From Candidatus Latescibacterota bacterium (GTDB lineage: Bacteria > Latescibacterota > UBA2968 > UBA8231), in assembly GCA_965242865.1 (NCBI GenBank), contig CBDETK010000013.1:2112001-2176000 (forward strand): a stretch of 64,000 bases of DNA, written 5' to 3'. The position numbers were made by a program, and so were the translations under genes. Numbering within the stretch: position 1 is the first letter of the stretch; every line of letters starts with the position of its first letter. The notes beneath the pieces were generated by a model, which saw only the letters and a program-made list of their open reading frames with translations, was not told the DNA's origin and did not search any database. This document shows positions 30,257-41,558 of the stretch, piece after piece.

Positions 30257-31318
30257 TCAAACACAACTGTCTTGAAGTTGTCTAAACACAGCCTTCGCAA
30301 GCAGTGGGGGTACAGCGTTGCCGACCTGCTGCTGCTGAAATCCAATGGATCCAGCGAACTCGTATGAATCGGGGAACGATTGTATCCGAGCGGCTTCACG
30401 AACCGAAAGACCTCGATCTTGTGATGGATGGATGAGCATATTCTTTCGGTAATTTCCAATGACAATAGACGGACGGTCGTAACGGAGTCTATGGTAAATA
30501 CCCGTGTGGCATCGGTGCCGGTCTTTGTAATTTTTCATCATCTTCAGAGGAATGTCCTCCCAATTACCTCCCGGGGGAACAAATCGGTATCGACGTATTA
30601 CTTCATCATTATTCTTAGTAACCAAATGGCTGGAGCACCCAGCTAATCCTTGGCGAATCTCCTCGGCGTATGTAGATGGCGGGATATTACCATAAGGCAA
30701 CCATGACTCAGTGGTGCCATTTACGAGATGAGGCAGATCGGCAATAGCATCCTCAACTGTCGTCGGTAGCGATACTGTTGGTCGGGGTAGTTCAATCTCT
30801 TTATTGATTCGTGAACCTATTAAAAAAAATCGGTTACGTCTTTGTGGCACACCGAAGTCAAGAGCATTTAATATGCCACAATTTATCGTATAACCCAATA
30901 GTTTGAATCGATCAATGATGATGTCGAGAATAATTCCCTTATCCGTATCGACAATTCCTCGGACATTTTCAAATACGACGAAATCAGGTTGCCAGATTTT
31001 AACCACACGGACGAAATCATCGAACAACCAGTTATTTTTATTTTTTATCCCACGGGTGCGTGTATTGGAATACGAAAAACCCTGACAAGGAGGTCCCCCA
31101 AAGACAACAGTACCATCCGAACCGCGAGGTATCTGCCTAATTTTTTTTGAAGGTAATCGGCGAATGTCGTCAACAAAAATCTCGCAATGCGGATGATTGT
31201 TGCGATATGCACAGGCAGCGTATTGATCGGACTCAACAGCGAATTTCACATCAATTCCGGCTTGGGCAGCACCTGTGCTCATCCCACCGACGCCGGCGAA
31301 TAAATCTATGGCTATCAT
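30257..31318 (-). CDS. DNA (cytosine-5)-methyltransferase
   Basis: DLFAGVGG, GGPPCQGFS, FENV, QRRNR, REAARIQSFPD, QVGNAVPP. Confidence 0.93.
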   Translation of the reverse strand: MIAIDLFAGVGGMSTGAAQAGIDVKFAVESDQYAACAYRNNHPHCEIFVDDIRRLPSKKIRQIPRGSDGTVVFGGPPCQGFSYSNTRTRGIKNKNNWLFDDFVRVVKIWQPDFVVFENVRGIVDTDKGIILDIIIDRFKLLGYTINCGILNALDFGVPQRRNRFFLIGSRINKEIELPRPTVSLPTTVEDAIADLPHLVNGTTESWLPYGNIPPSTYAEEIRQGLAGCSSHLVTKNNDEVIRRYRFVPPGGNWEDIPLKMMKNYKDRHRCHTGIYHRLRYDRPSIVIGNYRKNMLIHPSQDRGLSVREAARIQSFPDSYEFAGSIGFQQQQVGNAVPPLLAKAVFRQLQDSCV

Positions 31319-31377
31319 TGTAATCGAGTTCTATATAAACTCGCTCATGGTGTTAAGAATCTGACTTCCGCTGGGGA

Positions 31378-31421
31378 CGCCGTGTCTCGCCTAAAACTCG
31401 GATGTATGGCGAGACACGGCG
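31378..31421. other. Perfect 14-bp inverted repeat upstream of the methyltransferase operon
   Basis: CGCCGTGTCTCGCC-N16-GGCGAGACACGGCG. Confidence 0.6.
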
Positions 31422-31490
31422 ACCTCTCCTTGGAAGCAATATACAAGAATAGGAAAAAGAGCAAAAGACCTAATGCCCTTCGCAAGTTAT

Positions 31491-31520
31491 GAGACCGCTT
31501 GCTTCTAAGAAGCGGTCTGA
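31491..31520. terminator. Hairpin downstream of dnaK (possible terminator, built from MITE-like ends)
   Basis: AGACCGCTT..AAGCGGTCT stem just past the dnaK stop; the same motif occurs at 37981. Confidence 0.45.
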
Positions 31521-31527
31521 AACCCCC

Positions 31528-33447
31528 CTACTTCTTGTCGTCATCTACCACCTTGAAGTCCGCATCCACCGCCCCCGAGTCTCCGCCCCCTTTCGGCTGA
31601 CCGGCGGCACCCTCCGGGGTTGGCCTGTCCTGCGCCTGTTGGGCTTGGGCGTCCTTGTAGATCTCCTCGGCCAGCTTGTGCGACGCCTGTTGCAGCGCGG
31701 TCATGGCCAGCTTGATGGCCTCGTCGTCCGTGCCTTCGAGGGCTTCCTTTAGCGCGGCCACCGCGTCCTCAACGCCTTTCTTGTCGGCGTCGGTTAGCTT
31801 GTCGCCGTGCTCGGCAACGGACTTTTCGGTCGCGTAGATGAGTTGGTCGGCCTCGTTGCGGCGATCGACGGCTTCGCGGCGCTTTTTGTCCTCATCCGCG
31901 TGGGCCTCGGCGTCCTTTTGCATGGTGTCAATCTCGTCTTGGCTCAGGCCCGAGGACGCCTCAATGCGGATGGATTGCTCCTTGTTGGTGCCCTTGTCCT
32001 TGGCCGCGACGTTGAGGATGCCGTTGGCGTCGATGTCGAAGGTCACCTCGATTTGGGGCATGCCGCGCGGGGCCGCGGGAATGCCGTCGAGGTGGAAGCG
32101 GCCGAGGGTGCGGTTGTCGTTGGCAAACTCGCGCTCGCCTTGCAACACGTGGACTTCCACCGAGGGCTGGTTGTCCGAGGCCGTGGAAAAAATCTGGCTC
32201 TTCTTGGTGGGGATGGTGGTGTTGCGGTCGATCAGCTTCGTCATTACCCCGCCCATGGTTTCGATCCCCAGCGCGAGCGGCGTGACGTCGAGCAGCAGGA
32301 CGTCGTCGACGTCGCCCGCTAACACGCCGGCCTGAATGGCCGCGCCCAAGGCGACCACCTCGTCGGGGTTGACGCCCCGATGCGGCTCCTTGCCAAAGAG
32401 CGCTTGCACCACTTCTTGGATTTTCGGGATGCGCGTTGAGCCGCCGACCAAAATCACTTGGTCGATGTCGCTGGCTTGCAACTCGGCGTCGGCGAGGGCC
32501 TGCTGGCAAGGGGCCTTGGTGCGCTCGACTAGGTCGTCGACCAAGCGCTCGAACTGGGCGCGCGACAGGCTGGTTTGCAGGTGCTTGGGGCCGGTCTGAT
32601 CGGCGGTGATAAAGGGCAGGTTGATATCGGTCGCCGTGGAGGAGGACAACTCGATTTTGGCTTTTTCGCCTGCTTCTTTGAGCCGTTGCAGGGCCATCGG
32701 GTCTCGGCGCAGGTCAATGCCCTCACTCTTTTGAAATTCCTCGGCGAGCCAGTCGATGATCTTCTGGTCGAAATCGTCGCCGCCGAGGTGGGTGTCGCCG
32801 TTGGTGGATTTGACCTCAAAGACGCCGTCGCCGAGCTCGAGGATGGAAATGTCGAAGGTGCCGCCGCCGAGGTCGTACACGGCGATCTGCTCGCTGGAGC
32901 CGCCCTTGTCCAAGCCGTAGGCCAGCGCCGCGGCGGTCGGCTCATTGACGATGCGCAAGACCTCCAAGCCGGCGATGGTGCCCGCGTCCTTGGTGGCTTG
33001 GCGTTGGGAGTCGTTGAAGTACGCCGGCACGGTGACGACAGCTTGTTGCACTTCCACGCCCAGATAGTCTTCGGCCGTCTGCTTCATCTTTTGCAAGATC
33101 ATGGCCGAGATTTCCGGGGGCGTGTGTTCCTTGCCGTCAATTTTGGCCACGGCTAAGTCGCGGCTGCCTGGGGCCACTTCGTAGGGCACTTCGCTTATTT
33201 CGTTGGCGACTTCGCCGTAGCGGCGGCCCATGAAGCGCTTGATCGAGTAGATCGTGTTTTGCGGATTGGTGACGGCTTGGCGTTTGGCGGTCTGGCCGAC
33301 GAGACGCTCGCCCTCTTTGGTGAAGGCGACCATGGAAGGCGTGGTGCGGCCTCCTTCGGAGTTGGCGATGATCTCTGCGTCTTGGCCTTCGATGACGGCG
33401 ACGCACGAATTGGTGGTGCCTAAGTCAATGCCGATGACTTTAGCCAT
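31528..33447 (-). CDS. dnaK: Chaperone DnaK (Hsp70)
   Basis: [37 protein letters not shown]; AAGGAGG RBS. Confidence 0.98.
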   Translation of the reverse strand: MAKVIGIDLGTTNSCVAVIEGQDAEIIANSEGGRTTPSMVAFTKEGERLVGQTAKRQAVTNPQNTIYSIKRFMGRRYGEVANEISEVPYEVAPGSRDLAVAKIDGKEHTPPEISAMILQKMKQTAEDYLGVEVQQAVVTVPAYFNDSQRQATKDAGTIAGLEVLRIVNEPTAAALAYGLDKGGSSEQIAVYDLGGGTFDISILELGDGVFEVKSTNGDTHLGGDDFDQKIIDWLAEEFQKSEGIDLRRDPMALQRLKEAGEKAKIELSSSTATDINLPFITADQTGPKHLQTSLSRAQFERLVDDLVERTKAPCQQALADAELQASDIDQVILVGGSTRIPKIQEVVQALFGKEPHRGVNPDEVVALGAAIQAGVLAGDVDDVLLLDVTPLALGIETMGGVMTKLIDRNTTIPTKKSQIFSTASDNQPSVEVHVLQGEREFANDNRTLGRFHLDGIPAAPRGMPQIEVTFDIDANGILNVAAKDKGTNKEQSIRIEASSGLSQDEIDTMQKDAEAHADEDKKRREAVDRRNEADQLIYATEKSVAEHGDKLTDADKKGVEDAVAALKEALEGTDDEAIKLAMTALQQASHKLAEEIYKDAQAQQAQDRPTPEGAAGQPKGGGDSGAVDADFKVVDDDKK

Positions 33448-33511
33448 TGTTTTCCTCCTTTTGAGAAATTGAATTGGTGGTTTGAGTGAAACTACGGATG
33501 CGAGTCAGACC

Positions 33512-33724
33512 TCATGCTGCGACTTCAACGTAAGCGGACTTCGTAGAGGGCTGCGGCACGGGGAATCCTTCCTGCTTCAGGCCCTCAACGTGAAACGCGA
33601 TTGCTTCCTTCATATTCGCTTCGGTTTCTTCTTCGGTCGCGCCCGTCGCTACACAACCTAAAAGGTCCGGTGAGTACGCGGAGAATCCGGTCTCGGTCTT
33701 TTCCACGACGATTAGGTATTTCAT
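33512..33724 (-). CDS. HicB-family antitoxin (short form)
   Basis: FSAYSPDLLGCVATGATEEETEANMKEAIAFH. Confidence 0.82.
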   Translation of the reverse strand: MKYLIVVEKTETGFSAYSPDLLGCVATGATEEETEANMKEAIAFHVEGLKQEGFPVPQPSTKSAYVEVAA

Positions 33725-33984
33725 AACGCGATTGCGCTCGATTGCGCGGTGAAAACGTTGCGCGGTTCGATTTCCACGCGGACTACATCAAAGCCTGCTT
33801 TGCTGACATCTGCCAGCGCAGAACCGATGGCGTCCTCCAACGACGGGGCTTCGCGGTGAAAGTGGATCTGCGGCACACCAGCCATCGTGACAATCGTACC
33901 GTCATTGAAGACGCTGTAGAGTCGATCTGCTGCTGCTTCGTTGGGGTCGGCTGTTAAAATGACCGTGAATTCATGCACTTTCAT
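33721..33984 (-). CDS. Small hypothetical protein (87 aa), HicB-like fold possible
   Basis: IHFHREAPSLEDAIGSALADV; overlaps both neighbours, suggesting translational coupling. Confidence 0.55.
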   Translation of the reverse strand: MKVHEFTVILTADPNEAAADRLYSVFNDGTIVTMAGVPQIHFHREAPSLEDAIGSALADVSKAGFDVVRVEIEPRNVFTAQSSAIAL

Positions 33985-34858
33985 TAGACGCTTCCGAAAT
34001 TTCCCTCCACATATCGATAGCAGAGGGAGTTCGAGCAGTGACATGCCGCCGCAATGCCCGAGCAATGGCAGGCGCATATCTCGATTCTAGCCCTTCGGCG
34101 CACTTTCTTGGATGACCGTCAATAATTTCATGTGGTGTAAACTCTAGTGTTTGGTTCAGCAGGAGACTCAGCAGCAGCAAGCCTACGTGATAAATGTCAA
34201 CATGCTTTCCTGTAAAACCAAACCTACGGTCTAGGGCCTCGGGAGGTAACATCCATTGGGGGAGGGTAGTATTGGGGCTTATATCTTTTTCGAGGCGGCT
34301 GATCCCTAGGTCGCCGATCTTGAATCTCCAAACAGGGTCCTGGTCCGGGAACATTGGATCTTTCTGGAGAGAGACAAAAACATTTCCTGCGTGCAAGTCT
34401 TTGTGAACATATCCATGGTCGTGGATATAATGGAGCCCGTTGAGAATGTCGCGGCTGACATACGGCAACCAAAATTCGCCGGCAGTACTATCAGCACTAG
34501 CACGGATCAAATCCTTAAGTGTGAATTCACACTTCTCAACAATGAGGTAGAAAGTATTTTCACATTCAAATGCTTGATGGATAAAAGTAACTTGTGGATG
34601 CCTAAGCTGTTGGAGATTTTGAAACTCACGGAGCCAACTGCCTCGTATTGCCTCGTACGACTGACCCCGCGGCACAAGTACTTTGGCAACCAGTTCGTTC
34701 CCCCATTCGTCGAGACAATCGAAAATATCACCGAACGCTCCGCGGCCGATTCTCTTACCGATGAAGTACTTAATACCTTTGCATTCTATCTCCTTACCAT
34801 CACTCGGAGGCACAAATTTACGAGGAACGATCCGTTGGATTCTTTGGCTATGTATCAT
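33971..34858 (-). CDS. Hanks-type Ser/Thr protein kinase (kinase domain only)
   Basis: IGRGAFG, VAKVL, HKDLHAGNV, KIGDLG, PPE, DIYHVG; no transmembrane segment. Confidence 0.85.
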   Translation of the reverse strand: MIHSQRIQRIVPRKFVPPSDGKEIECKGIKYFIGKRIGRGAFGDIFDCLDEWGNELVAKVLVPRGQSYEAIRGSWLREFQNLQQLRHPQVTFIHQAFECENTFYLIVEKCEFTLKDLIRASADSTAGEFWLPYVSRDILNGLHYIHDHGYVHKDLHAGNVFVSLQKDPMFPDQDPVWRFKIGDLGISRLEKDISPNTTLPQWMLPPEALDRRFGFTGKHVDIYHVGLLLLSLLLNQTLEFTPHEIIDGHPRKCAEGLESRYAPAIARALRRHVTARTPSAIDMWREISEASNESA

Positions 34859-34942
34859 TCTACTAACCGCCTTTCGGTTACCGGCCGGCCACCGCTGTCT
34901 GGTCTCTCGAGCCTGCGGCGTCCAAGAGACTGTTTTAGAATA

Positions 34943-34957
34943 GCAAGTATCGTGCCA
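34943..34957 (-). promoter_or_regulatory. Sigma-54 (-24/-12) promoter facing kinase-hicB-dnaK
   Basis: Minus strand reads TGGCAC-GATAC-TTGC, an exact consensus match. Confidence 0.7.
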
Positions 34958-35040
34958 CACGTCGCTTTAATATGCCAAAAAATCTATAACTCCTTGTTTC
35001 TAAAGAGATAAATGCAAATCAGCGTAAATTTGCAAATCGT

Positions 35041-35089
35041 CTCTTGGCGACACGATGGCAGCAAATCGGTGTTATCGTGTCACCAAGAG
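35041..35089. promoter_or_regulatory. 16-bp inverted repeat, candidate enhancer or operator
   Basis: CTCTTGGCGACACGAT-N17-ATCGTGTCACCAAGAG (15/16). Confidence 0.45.
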
Positions 35090-35150
35090 CTGAGGACGCA
35101 TTGACAGAGCACTGCCACTCGGCTAGATTGGCCGCCCACGAGGAGGGTTC

Positions 35151-37145
<1,995 letters not shown>

Positions 37146-37233
37146 AGGTCGCGCCGCCAAATTTGACCGGCCCTGCGGTCCATTTTAGATTGATCCCCCT
37201 TTGAGCAGCAATACCCACTAGCAGGAGTGCGTT

Positions 37234-37983
37234 ATGTTAAATGGCCGCGATGTGATCGTCGATGTCCAAGAAGTCAAGATGGTTTACAATGCCAAAAACC
37301 GCGACGAATCAACGCATGTTCACGCGCTGCGCGGTTTGAGCCTGAAGGTGTACGAAAACGAATTTTTCGCCATTATGGGGCCTTCGGGGTCGGGCAAGAG
37401 CACGCTGTTCAACATGATCGGCGCCCTGCAGACGCCCACCGACGGCGAGGTGCTCATCGAGGGCGTCAATCTGGCGACGCTCAACGCGCAGCAACTCGCG
37501 GCCGTGCGCTGCTTTGAGCTGGGGTACATTTTCCAGACCTACAACCTCTTGCCGGTGATGAGCGCGCTGATGAACGTGTCGCTGCCCACAGTGTTTGCCG
37601 GCATGACCACGGCCGAGGGCGAAAGGCGGGCGATGGAGTGTTTGAAGATCGTCGGCCTAGACGATAGGGCGCACCACATTCCCTCCGAGCTGTCAGGGGG
37701 GCAGCAGCAGCGCGTAGCCATTGCCCGCGCCTTCGTCAACAAGCCGCGCATCATCCTCGCGGACGAGCCGACCGGCAACCTCGACAGCAACACCGGGCAG
37801 GAAATCATCAACTACATGAAAAGCCTGCAACAGGAGATGGGGACGACGATCATTACCGTGACCCACGACGACAAAATGCTTACCGCAGCCGACCGCATGG
37901 CTTGGATCCGCGATGGCCAGCTAGAGCGGGTGGCCAACCGCGAGGACATCGAGATCCAGATGGGCAGCATCAAAGAGCACTAA
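37234..37983 (+). CDS. ABC transporter ATP-binding protein (LolD/MacB-like)
   Basis: [36 protein letters not shown]. Confidence 0.9.
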   Translation: MLNGRDVIVDVQEVKMVYNAKNRDESTHVHALRGLSLKVYENEFFAIMGPSGSGKSTLFNMIGALQTPTDGEVLIEGVNLATLNAQQLAAVRCFELGYIFQTYNLLPVMSALMNVSLPTVFAGMTTAEGERRAMECLKIVGLDDRAHHIPSELSGGQQQRVAIARAFVNKPRIILADEPTGNLDSNTGQEIINYMKSLQQEMGTTIITVTHDDKMLTAADRMAWIRDGQLERVANREDIEIQMGSIKEH

Positions 37984-38073
37984 GAAGCGGTCTTAGAATT
38001 GTAGAAGTAAGCAAGGTTGCGGCTTCTGTGTTTAGGCTTTTATTTATTTAACGATGGCAAAGAACCTACAATC

Positions 38074-38137
38074 AGGGGCGGCCCCCCGTGCCTACCCGTT
38101 AGAATTTCGTTGGGGCAGGCCCCCGTGCCTGCCCGTT
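38074..38137 (+). repeat. Two tandem REP-like palindromes
   Basis: GGGGCGGCCCCCCGTGCCTACCCGTT and GGGGCAGGCCCCCGTGCCTGCCCGTT. Confidence 0.65.
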
Positions 38138-38160
38138 ACAGCGGCAAAATTGGCACGATC

Positions 38161-38344
38161 GGTTGACGAATGAACGAGACGATGGTTAAGCATTTCGTAT
38201 CAGGCAGGGGTCTTGCTGTGGGGCAAAACCCTGTTGGGTGCTTGGAATCGTCGTCAAATTTAATGTGTCGTAAGTCCTTGAAAAACAACGACTTACCCCC
38301 CCTCCCCACCGAAAATTCTCCGCTAGCACCACACTCTCTACTTC
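38161..38344 (+). repeat. ~185-bp intergenic direct repeat, copy 1
   Basis: Closely similar to 40158-40348. Confidence 0.85.
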
Positions 38345-38529
38345 GCGCTTGGCTACGACATCCAAATTCCCGCCCCGTGTCAGAGCACGGGGTGACGTTC
38401 TTTCGCGGGAACGACGCCGCTGGCCGGCGTAGCGGTGCTTTCTCGTAGTCGCAATTCCTTCTGAGACCGGTTCTATTCAGTGCAAGTGCTACCCCGCCTC
38501 CCGTTGTTCGTGAGCTACCCCGCCTCCCG

Positions 38530-39957
38530 TTGTTCGTGAGCCGCCACCTCCCGTTGTCTGTGAACCACCACCGAAATAGTTGGCTGCTCAGCCTGTATCT
38601 GGGCTTGGCACCGGTCTATCACTTGATTGGCGACAAGTACCTGCACCTGTTCAAGGCCGTGCTCGCGGTAGCGGCGGTAGCGGTTGTGTTGATCCCACCG
38701 CTGCTGTCGGGCAAGCTCCGGCTGCCGGCGCGGGCCCTGGGGCCGCTGGGGTTTTTGGCCCTGATCCTCCTGTCGGCCCCCGGGGTGGTCCAAGCCCCAG
38801 CGGTGGTCCTAAACGTCATGTTCGTCATGGACATCGGGTACGCCGCCGGGCTAATGTGGTGCTTCTTCTATCTGGCGCGTCAGGGCGAAAACATCTCCGT
38901 CATCCTCACCCGCGCCCTAGTGATAATTTTGCCCTTGGCCGCATTTGCGCTGGTGAGTGCGCTCGCCAAGATACCGAATTGGACGAATCCCTGCGACCAG
39001 TTTTGGCGGCCGGCGTACAGCATAGGGTTCGGCTCGAGCCCAACGCAATGGTCAATCAGCCTGATTCTCTTATTGCCCTGCATAGGCTTGCTGATGGGCG
39101 AGGGGACGCATTGGAGACTAAAGCAAGAGCACCGGGCTATGCTGGGGGCCGCGTTGGCGAGCATCCTCTTTGTCAGCCAATTTATGACCGGCGGACGCAC
39201 TGGTTTTTTAATCTCAGCGGTTTCAATCGCCATATTGGCCTTCCCGCGGCAGTCGAGATGGTTGGCCTACTCAGGTATTCTCACCGGAATAGTGATCGGT
39301 GGGATCATCGTCTCTAGCCAAAACCCAGCATGCTCCAGCCACGTAGGGCTGGACCGCCTCTTGGCCCTAGTCGATATAGACAGACTTAGATCGACCGACC
39401 CAGACACACACAAGCCAGCCGCCGTAGATAAGCCCAGACCCGCTGACGTGGATAGACCTAGACCCGTCCATATAGAGACAGACAGACCCAGACCGACCGA
39501 CACAGACCGCCCCAAGCCCGCCGCCGTAGAGCGACCCAGACCCTCCGTACTGCCCCGTTTCTTAGCCAACTTGGACACTCTCGGCACCACGCGGTTTGAG
39601 GGGTACAAAATCGGCCTCGGACGGATTGCCGAGCGGCCCTTTCTTGGATATGGATTCGAGCAGGTGTTGCTCAGGGGACATCGCAAGCCCGAAATCGAGA
39701 TTCACAACCTGTGGATCAAGTGGACGACATACTGCGGAGTCCTCGCCCCGATTTGGTTTACGATTATGGCAGGACTCATCCTGCTCATCGCTTTTAGGCT
39801 GGTCGCAAACCGCGACGACCCCTCGGAAAACCGATTTGTTGCTGCCCTGTTGGGACTCGTCGTACTATCGGGCCTTACGGCTGCGATGTTGGAACCCAAT
39901 GCCCTCATCGGGTCTTTTCAGTACACCGCTATTTGGTGGGCGGCCCCATCGGCTTGA
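38530..39957 (+). CDS. O-antigen ligase/polymerase-family membrane protein (start uncertain)
   Basis: Many TM helices, TGGRTG, ERPFLGYG, IHNLWI..G; Pro/Asp/Arg repeat insert. Confidence 0.72.
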   Translation: MFVSRHLPLSVNHHRNSWLLSLYLGLAPVYHLIGDKYLHLFKAVLAVAAVAVVLIPPLLSGKLRLPARALGPLGFLALILLSAPGVVQAPAVVLNVMFVMDIGYAAGLMWCFFYLARQGENISVILTRALVIILPLAAFALVSALAKIPNWTNPCDQFWRPAYSIGFGSSPTQWSISLILLLPCIGLLMGEGTHWRLKQEHRAMLGAALASILFVSQFMTGGRTGFLISAVSIAILAFPRQSRWLAYSGILTGIVIGGIIVSSQNPACSSHVGLDRLLALVDIDRLRSTDPDTHKPAAVDKPRPADVDRPRPVHIETDRPRPTDTDRPKPAAVERPRPSVLPRFLANLDTLGTTRFEGYKIGLGRIAERPFLGYGFEQVLLRGHRKPEIEIHNLWIKWTTYCGVLAPIWFTIMAGLILLIAFRLVANRDDPSENRFVAALLGLVVLSGLTAAMLEPNALIGSFQYTAIWWAAPSA

Positions 39958-40157
39958 TCCGCGGATGCACTTTACCCGACCAACTTTGCGTATAGGTACA
40001 GCCACAGCCCCGGCACCGATACCGTTGCTTGCCTTGCCGCCGGCCGTTCTTGACGGTATTTTTATGATTACAGCGTGGACAGGGTATCATGAGCAGAATA
40101 GCAACGTCCGGCTGTTTTGTGGTGGCCTTGTAAACCGCATTTTGGCGGCGAATTTGG

Positions 40158-40348
40158 GGTTGACGTAATGAACGAGACGATGGTTAAGCATTTCATATCA
40201 GGCAGGGGTCTTGCTGTGGGGCAAAACCCTGTTGGGTGCTTGGATTCATCGTTGGATTTAATGTGTCGTAAGTTATTGAAAAACAATGACTTATCCCCAT
40301 CTCCCCCGAAAATTCTCCGCTAGCACCAAGCACCACACTCTCTACTTC
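40158..40348 (+). repeat. ~185-bp intergenic direct repeat, copy 2
   Basis: Closely similar to 38161-38344. Confidence 0.85.
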
Positions 40349-40447
40349 TCAGCATCGGCCGCCGGATCGTGTGCGGCCATTGGGCGTCGCGTCGGTCTGG
40401 CCGCACGACCCCAAGCGCACGCTGCCGTGCGGCCTTTATGCTGATCC

Positions 40448-41434
40448 ATGTTTCCTGCACCACCCCCGCAACCCGTCTGCCAAGGACCGAGGGCGGAATC
40501 CCCTCGCCAAACCGAAGCCGAGGCCGATAGCACACAGGCCGAAGCTGACGCTGACGCCGATAGCACCCAATCAACCGCCGTTGAGTTCGCCGACGCCAAT
40601 CTGGAGCGGGCGGTGCGGGAGGCGTTGGATCGCCCGTCAGGGCCTCTGACCCCGGCGGACTTGGCATCCCTGACCGAACTCGACGCGATCTATAAAGACA
40701 TTGAGAGCGTGGCCGGCCTCGAACACGCGACGGCCCTGACAACGCTGTATCTGCGGGGCAACGCGATTACCGACGTGAGTCCGTTGGCGAGCCTAACCAA
40801 TCTGCACACGCTGTCGCTGTGGGGGAACAAGGTGGCGGATGCGAGGCCGCTGGCCAGCCTGATCAGCTTGCGCACGCTGGATATGTGGGGCAACGAGATT
40901 ACGGATGTGCAGCCGTTAGCTCGCCTAACCAACCTGCAATGGCTCCAGCTAGGCGACAACGCGATTGCGGATATAAGTCCCTTGGCCAGCCTGACCAACC
41001 TGCAATGGCTGGGCGTGATGGAAAACGCCCTCAGCCAGCACGCGGCCAACCAACAACTCGCCGCCGCGATAACAAGCGGCCTCCGCGTCGAAGCGGTGAT
41101 CGAAAAATACCCCCGCGTCGAAACCGTCCAAGTCTATCCAGAAGAACCGGAACCGACGGAGCCGGAACCAGTGCCCGCCCTATACTGGACGGAATATGGC
41201 ACGAATGCGGATAGGATTCAGCGTGCCAACCTCGATGGCACAATGGTCGAAAACCTCATCACCTCGGGATTGCATACGCCATTGAGCATCGCGCTGGATT
41301 TGGTGAACAGAAAGATGTACTGGGGGATCTTTGGCGAGGGTGAGATTCAGTGTGCCAACCTCGATGGCTCAATGGTCGATGACCTCATCACGGGATTGAG
41401 TACGCCATCGGGCATCGCGCTGGGTACTCGGTAG
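40448..41434 (+). CDS. Internalin-type leucine-rich-repeat protein with partial YWTD (LDL-receptor class B) repeats
   Basis: FADANLERAVR cap; 22-aa LxxLTNLxxLxLxxNxIxDxxPL repeats; LYWTE..IQRANLDG twice. Confidence 0.75.
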   Translation: MFPAPPPQPVCQGPRAESPRQTEAEADSTQAEADADADSTQSTAVEFADANLERAVREALDRPSGPLTPADLASLTELDAIYKDIESVAGLEHATALTTLYLRGNAITDVSPLASLTNLHTLSLWGNKVADARPLASLISLRTLDMWGNEITDVQPLARLTNLQWLQLGDNAIADISPLASLTNLQWLGVMENALSQHAANQQLAAAITSGLRVEAVIEKYPRVETVQVYPEEPEPTEPEPVPALYWTEYGTNADRIQRANLDGTMVENLITSGLHTPLSIALDLVNRKMYWGIFGEGEIQCANLDGSMVDDLITGLSTPSGIALGTR

Positions 41435-41558
41435 GCATGGAGGATCACCTGCCCGGCTTGCATGGGTTGAGGCGACGAGACTTACACTCTGAGCCGCCGC
41501 CGTGGCACGATTTTTGCCTGTTGCGGATACCACCTCACCCGCAACCAAGGCAGAACCC

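Larger units (their letters stand above)
37982..38475. mobile_element. Possible non-autonomous element (MITE-like) bounded by imperfect 17-bp inverted repeats
   Basis: AAGAAGCGGTCTTAGAA (37982-37998) versus TTCTGAGACCGGTTCTA (38459-38475), 14/17; interior is rich in REP-like hairpins. Confidence 0.4.

Noticed and set aside
33448-35150. CIRCE/HrcA operator for dnaK or an SOS box for uvrB
   Set aside because: No TTAGCACTC-N9-GAGTGCTAA and no recognisable LexA box was found by eye.
38151-38166. Third sigma-54 promoter (TGGCACGATCGGTTG)
   Set aside because: The -12 TTGC element is absent at the required spacing.
38170-40323. Paralogous small ORFs MNETMVKHF.. within the 185-bp repeats
   Set aside because: No RBS, different lengths and starts; better explained as non-coding repeats, though a leader peptide cannot be fully excluded.
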